Assembly (NCBI RefSeq): GCF_037392515.1
Contig: NC_090294.1
Span: 14,347,038 to 14,411,037 of the forward strand
DNA length: 64,000 nucleotides
Source: Haliotis asinina
Lineage: Eukaryota
Reading direction: 5' to 3'
A model generated the notes under the pieces. It searched no databases. It was not told the origin of the DNA and saw only the letters and a list, made by a program, of their open reading frames with translations. The position numbers were made by a program, and so were the translations under genes. Shown here in pieces: positions 61,925 to 64,000 of this stretch (its first letter is position 1; each line of letters opens with the position of its first letter).

Positions 61925-62170
61925 ACCCGTTAAGATCCGAATTGGACCTGTTCCTCAGCAACCCATGCTTTTCGTAAAAGGCGCGATGAAGGAAATCGGG
62001 TTTTCACTTTCGCTGACTTGGTTGATCATGGTATAGCATTTGCGTAGATCGATGTTCATGCCATTGATCAATGTATTGTCTGGCCCAAACCCGATTTAAA
62101 AATCACAGAGCTGGAACTACTACTGCTGAGTGCGACGTCCGAAAAAAACCAAATCAAATGCGTAGACAAT
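61925..62170 (+). mobile_element. SINE family B copy
   Basis: CCTGTTCCTCAGCAACCCATGCTTTTCGTAAAAGGCGCGATGAAGGAAATCGGG...CGCTGACTTGGTTGATCATGG...GATCGATGTTCATGCCATTGATCAATGTATTGTCTGGCCCAAACCCGATTTAAAAATCACAGAGCTGGAACTACTACTGCTGAGTGCGACGTCCGAAAAAAACCAAATC. Confidence 0.8.
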
Positions 62171-64000
62171 TGTTACAGACCAGGGAATGAGAGTATGACC
62201 AATGACCCATTCGCAAAATATGATAACCCGACCACCCGATCCCCTTTATCCTTTCCTAACGGCGATAATGTACAGAGGACAATTCCTTTCCTCCATCCCA
62301 ACCGAATGCAACTTAAGTAGTACGACCTTTATTTCACTTTTATAGTATGAACCTATAATTTGTTATTTAAAATTTATGTGGGTTAAAAACCAAATGAAGC
62401 AGGTTGTAAACATTCCACAAATCATTCCTACGGGGGCTTAACTTACATATCTGATAAACATCGGAAATATTTTGACATTTTGTGTACAAGAACGTCAAAT
62501 GATTGTTTGAGGAGCAGCACATACAAGCACTCCCATCTAATACATCAAGAAATATATTTCTTGTGAAAGTAAGGAGAAAATGAAAGAACTGCTGCGTGAG
62601 GTGGCACGGCTTTGAATATGACATCAAATTTGACGCGGAAAGAATTATCCCGGGTTATGGGTTTAACACTCTCGACTACCACGCTCCGAGAGTAATCGTT
62701 ACTTTAGGAGGTTTTTACTAAAATGAGGAATCGGTGGAAAGGCCATTAAATTGCTTGAAACATCGATGATATTCAGAGCGAAAACACATAAAACAAGAGT
62801 GTGGCTCTGGTGAGGTTCCAAGCGCGTATTTTCTTAGGGTTTAGATTCATAACCCATGTAGTTCGGCCGAGTAAAGTTTGACAAAATGTGGAAAGAGCCT
62901 TTGCGACTGGAAATAGGCTTTTAAACGTTGGTAGAGATGCAGTGTGGAAGAAATTGTCATTTGCGTTGTCACTATTTAATATGAACTCACAAAGGTTTGA
63001 TTTCAAAACAATATTCCCTTTTGCAAGATTGTAGATATATTAGTTTACTTTACTGCGCTTTGTTTGTCACATATTAAAGTCAAGTTAATCAGTAGGTACT
63101 GCACGCATATTAACCTATTTTAAGGGACTACTGTGCACTCAAGGTTCTTAGATTCATATACACACTAAGTGCAAGTATTTCAAGGATTCAGTAAAAAATT
63201 GTGCTCGCTAAAACGGAAATACTACATTTTCACAAAAAGAGACAAACGAGTACGATCTCAGTGATTAATTCGCAAGGAGCGTAGCTAGATGACCCTTGAG
63301 ACTGTCATAAGTGCTTGAAATCTCTTCATTACAAAAACATTGACATCAGTTCATAGCGTTCATATATGTTACCAATTCGTGTATTTCTTACTTCGTCTGT
63401 ATATAATTTACGAATCGTCTAAACTGATCTTCCAAAAACTGCAGAACTGCTCATTTAACAGCGATTTCGTGATTCTTATCGGCATGTTGAAGACTGGATT
63501 CATTAATACCTGTAATTTGGAGTACTTCCGAATCTTAGATATGTTTTTTTTTAAATATTTTTTTACCTGTACAGGTGTTAAATTGGTCTGCAGAAGTATA
63601 CTGATTCCTACGAGATTTATGAACATTATATTTATTAAATTTGATCTTGTTAATATCATTTTCCCGTTGCTTATGCATGCTACGGTGAAATTTGTTTTTG
63701 AGTACAGACGTGACTGTCTGTGTGTCAAAACAGTTCCTGTCGTCATAATTATGTTTAATAACTATTAGTACAAATGACCTTTTACCTTTTACTCTGAGTA
63801 TGTGTTTTGGTTTTTGTAAAAATATGATATGATTCGATATCATACCTATATCAAATATCTATACCAATATCGACATGTAGGAAATGTGCAAGGATGTGTT
63901 ATGTATTAAGTAATACGCATATTGGATATATGTTGATCTCTCCGGTTGTTTAAACATTGCATAGTATTAGTTTCACAACTTGTTATAAATATTTATGCGA

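Noticed and set aside
1-64000. Search for a prokaryote-style novel system (defence island, operon, CRISPR array)
   Set aside because: The window is unambiguously eukaryotic. It has a spliced multi-exon MVP gene with GT-AG introns, SINE/LINE/DNA-transposon insertions and microsatellites. No operonic gene arrays, CRISPR repeats or short intergenic spacing exist.

Overview
This window is eukaryotic (metazoan) nuclear DNA, not a prokaryotic locus: it has spliced exons with GT-AG introns, SINE/LINE/DNA-transposon insertions and microsatellites, and the SINE tails and MVP protein similarity suggest an invertebrate, possibly a mollusc or other lophotrochozoan. The main gene is a major vault protein (MVP) orthologue on the + strand, which I reconstructed as 25 coding exons (21849..43237, 838 codons in one continuous frame, ending at a TGA). 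It aligns along its whole length to human MVP: vault repeats, the shoulder/cap-helix region, and the C-terminal ...NPLNLFNTAGGPVGM. The first coding exon (ATG plus the conserved IIRIPPYHYIHV segment) was not found. Two MVP introns begin with tandem arrays that reiterate the exon-end splice donor: a 1 kb minisatellite after exon 2 and a 31-bp x ~10 array after exon 4. The introns and flanks are packed with two abundant SINE families (a tRNA-derived family A and a family B). Both families share a 3' module and (CACT)n tails and are mostly + oriented. Other mobile elements are a 1.26 kb mariner element with TIRs and TA duplications but a frameshifted transposase, an internally deleted non-LTR retrotransposon (zinc knuckle, RT, RNase H), and a 1.5 kb non-autonomous hAT element with 18-bp TIRs and a truncated zf-TTF/DUF4371 ORF inside an MVP intron. 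0..21 kb and 44..64 kb contain no other convincing protein-coding gene, only repeats, microsatellites and one unidentifiable 140-aa ORF. I found no defence-island-like or operonic system; the most unusual features are the donor-site repeat arrays and the SINE architecture.
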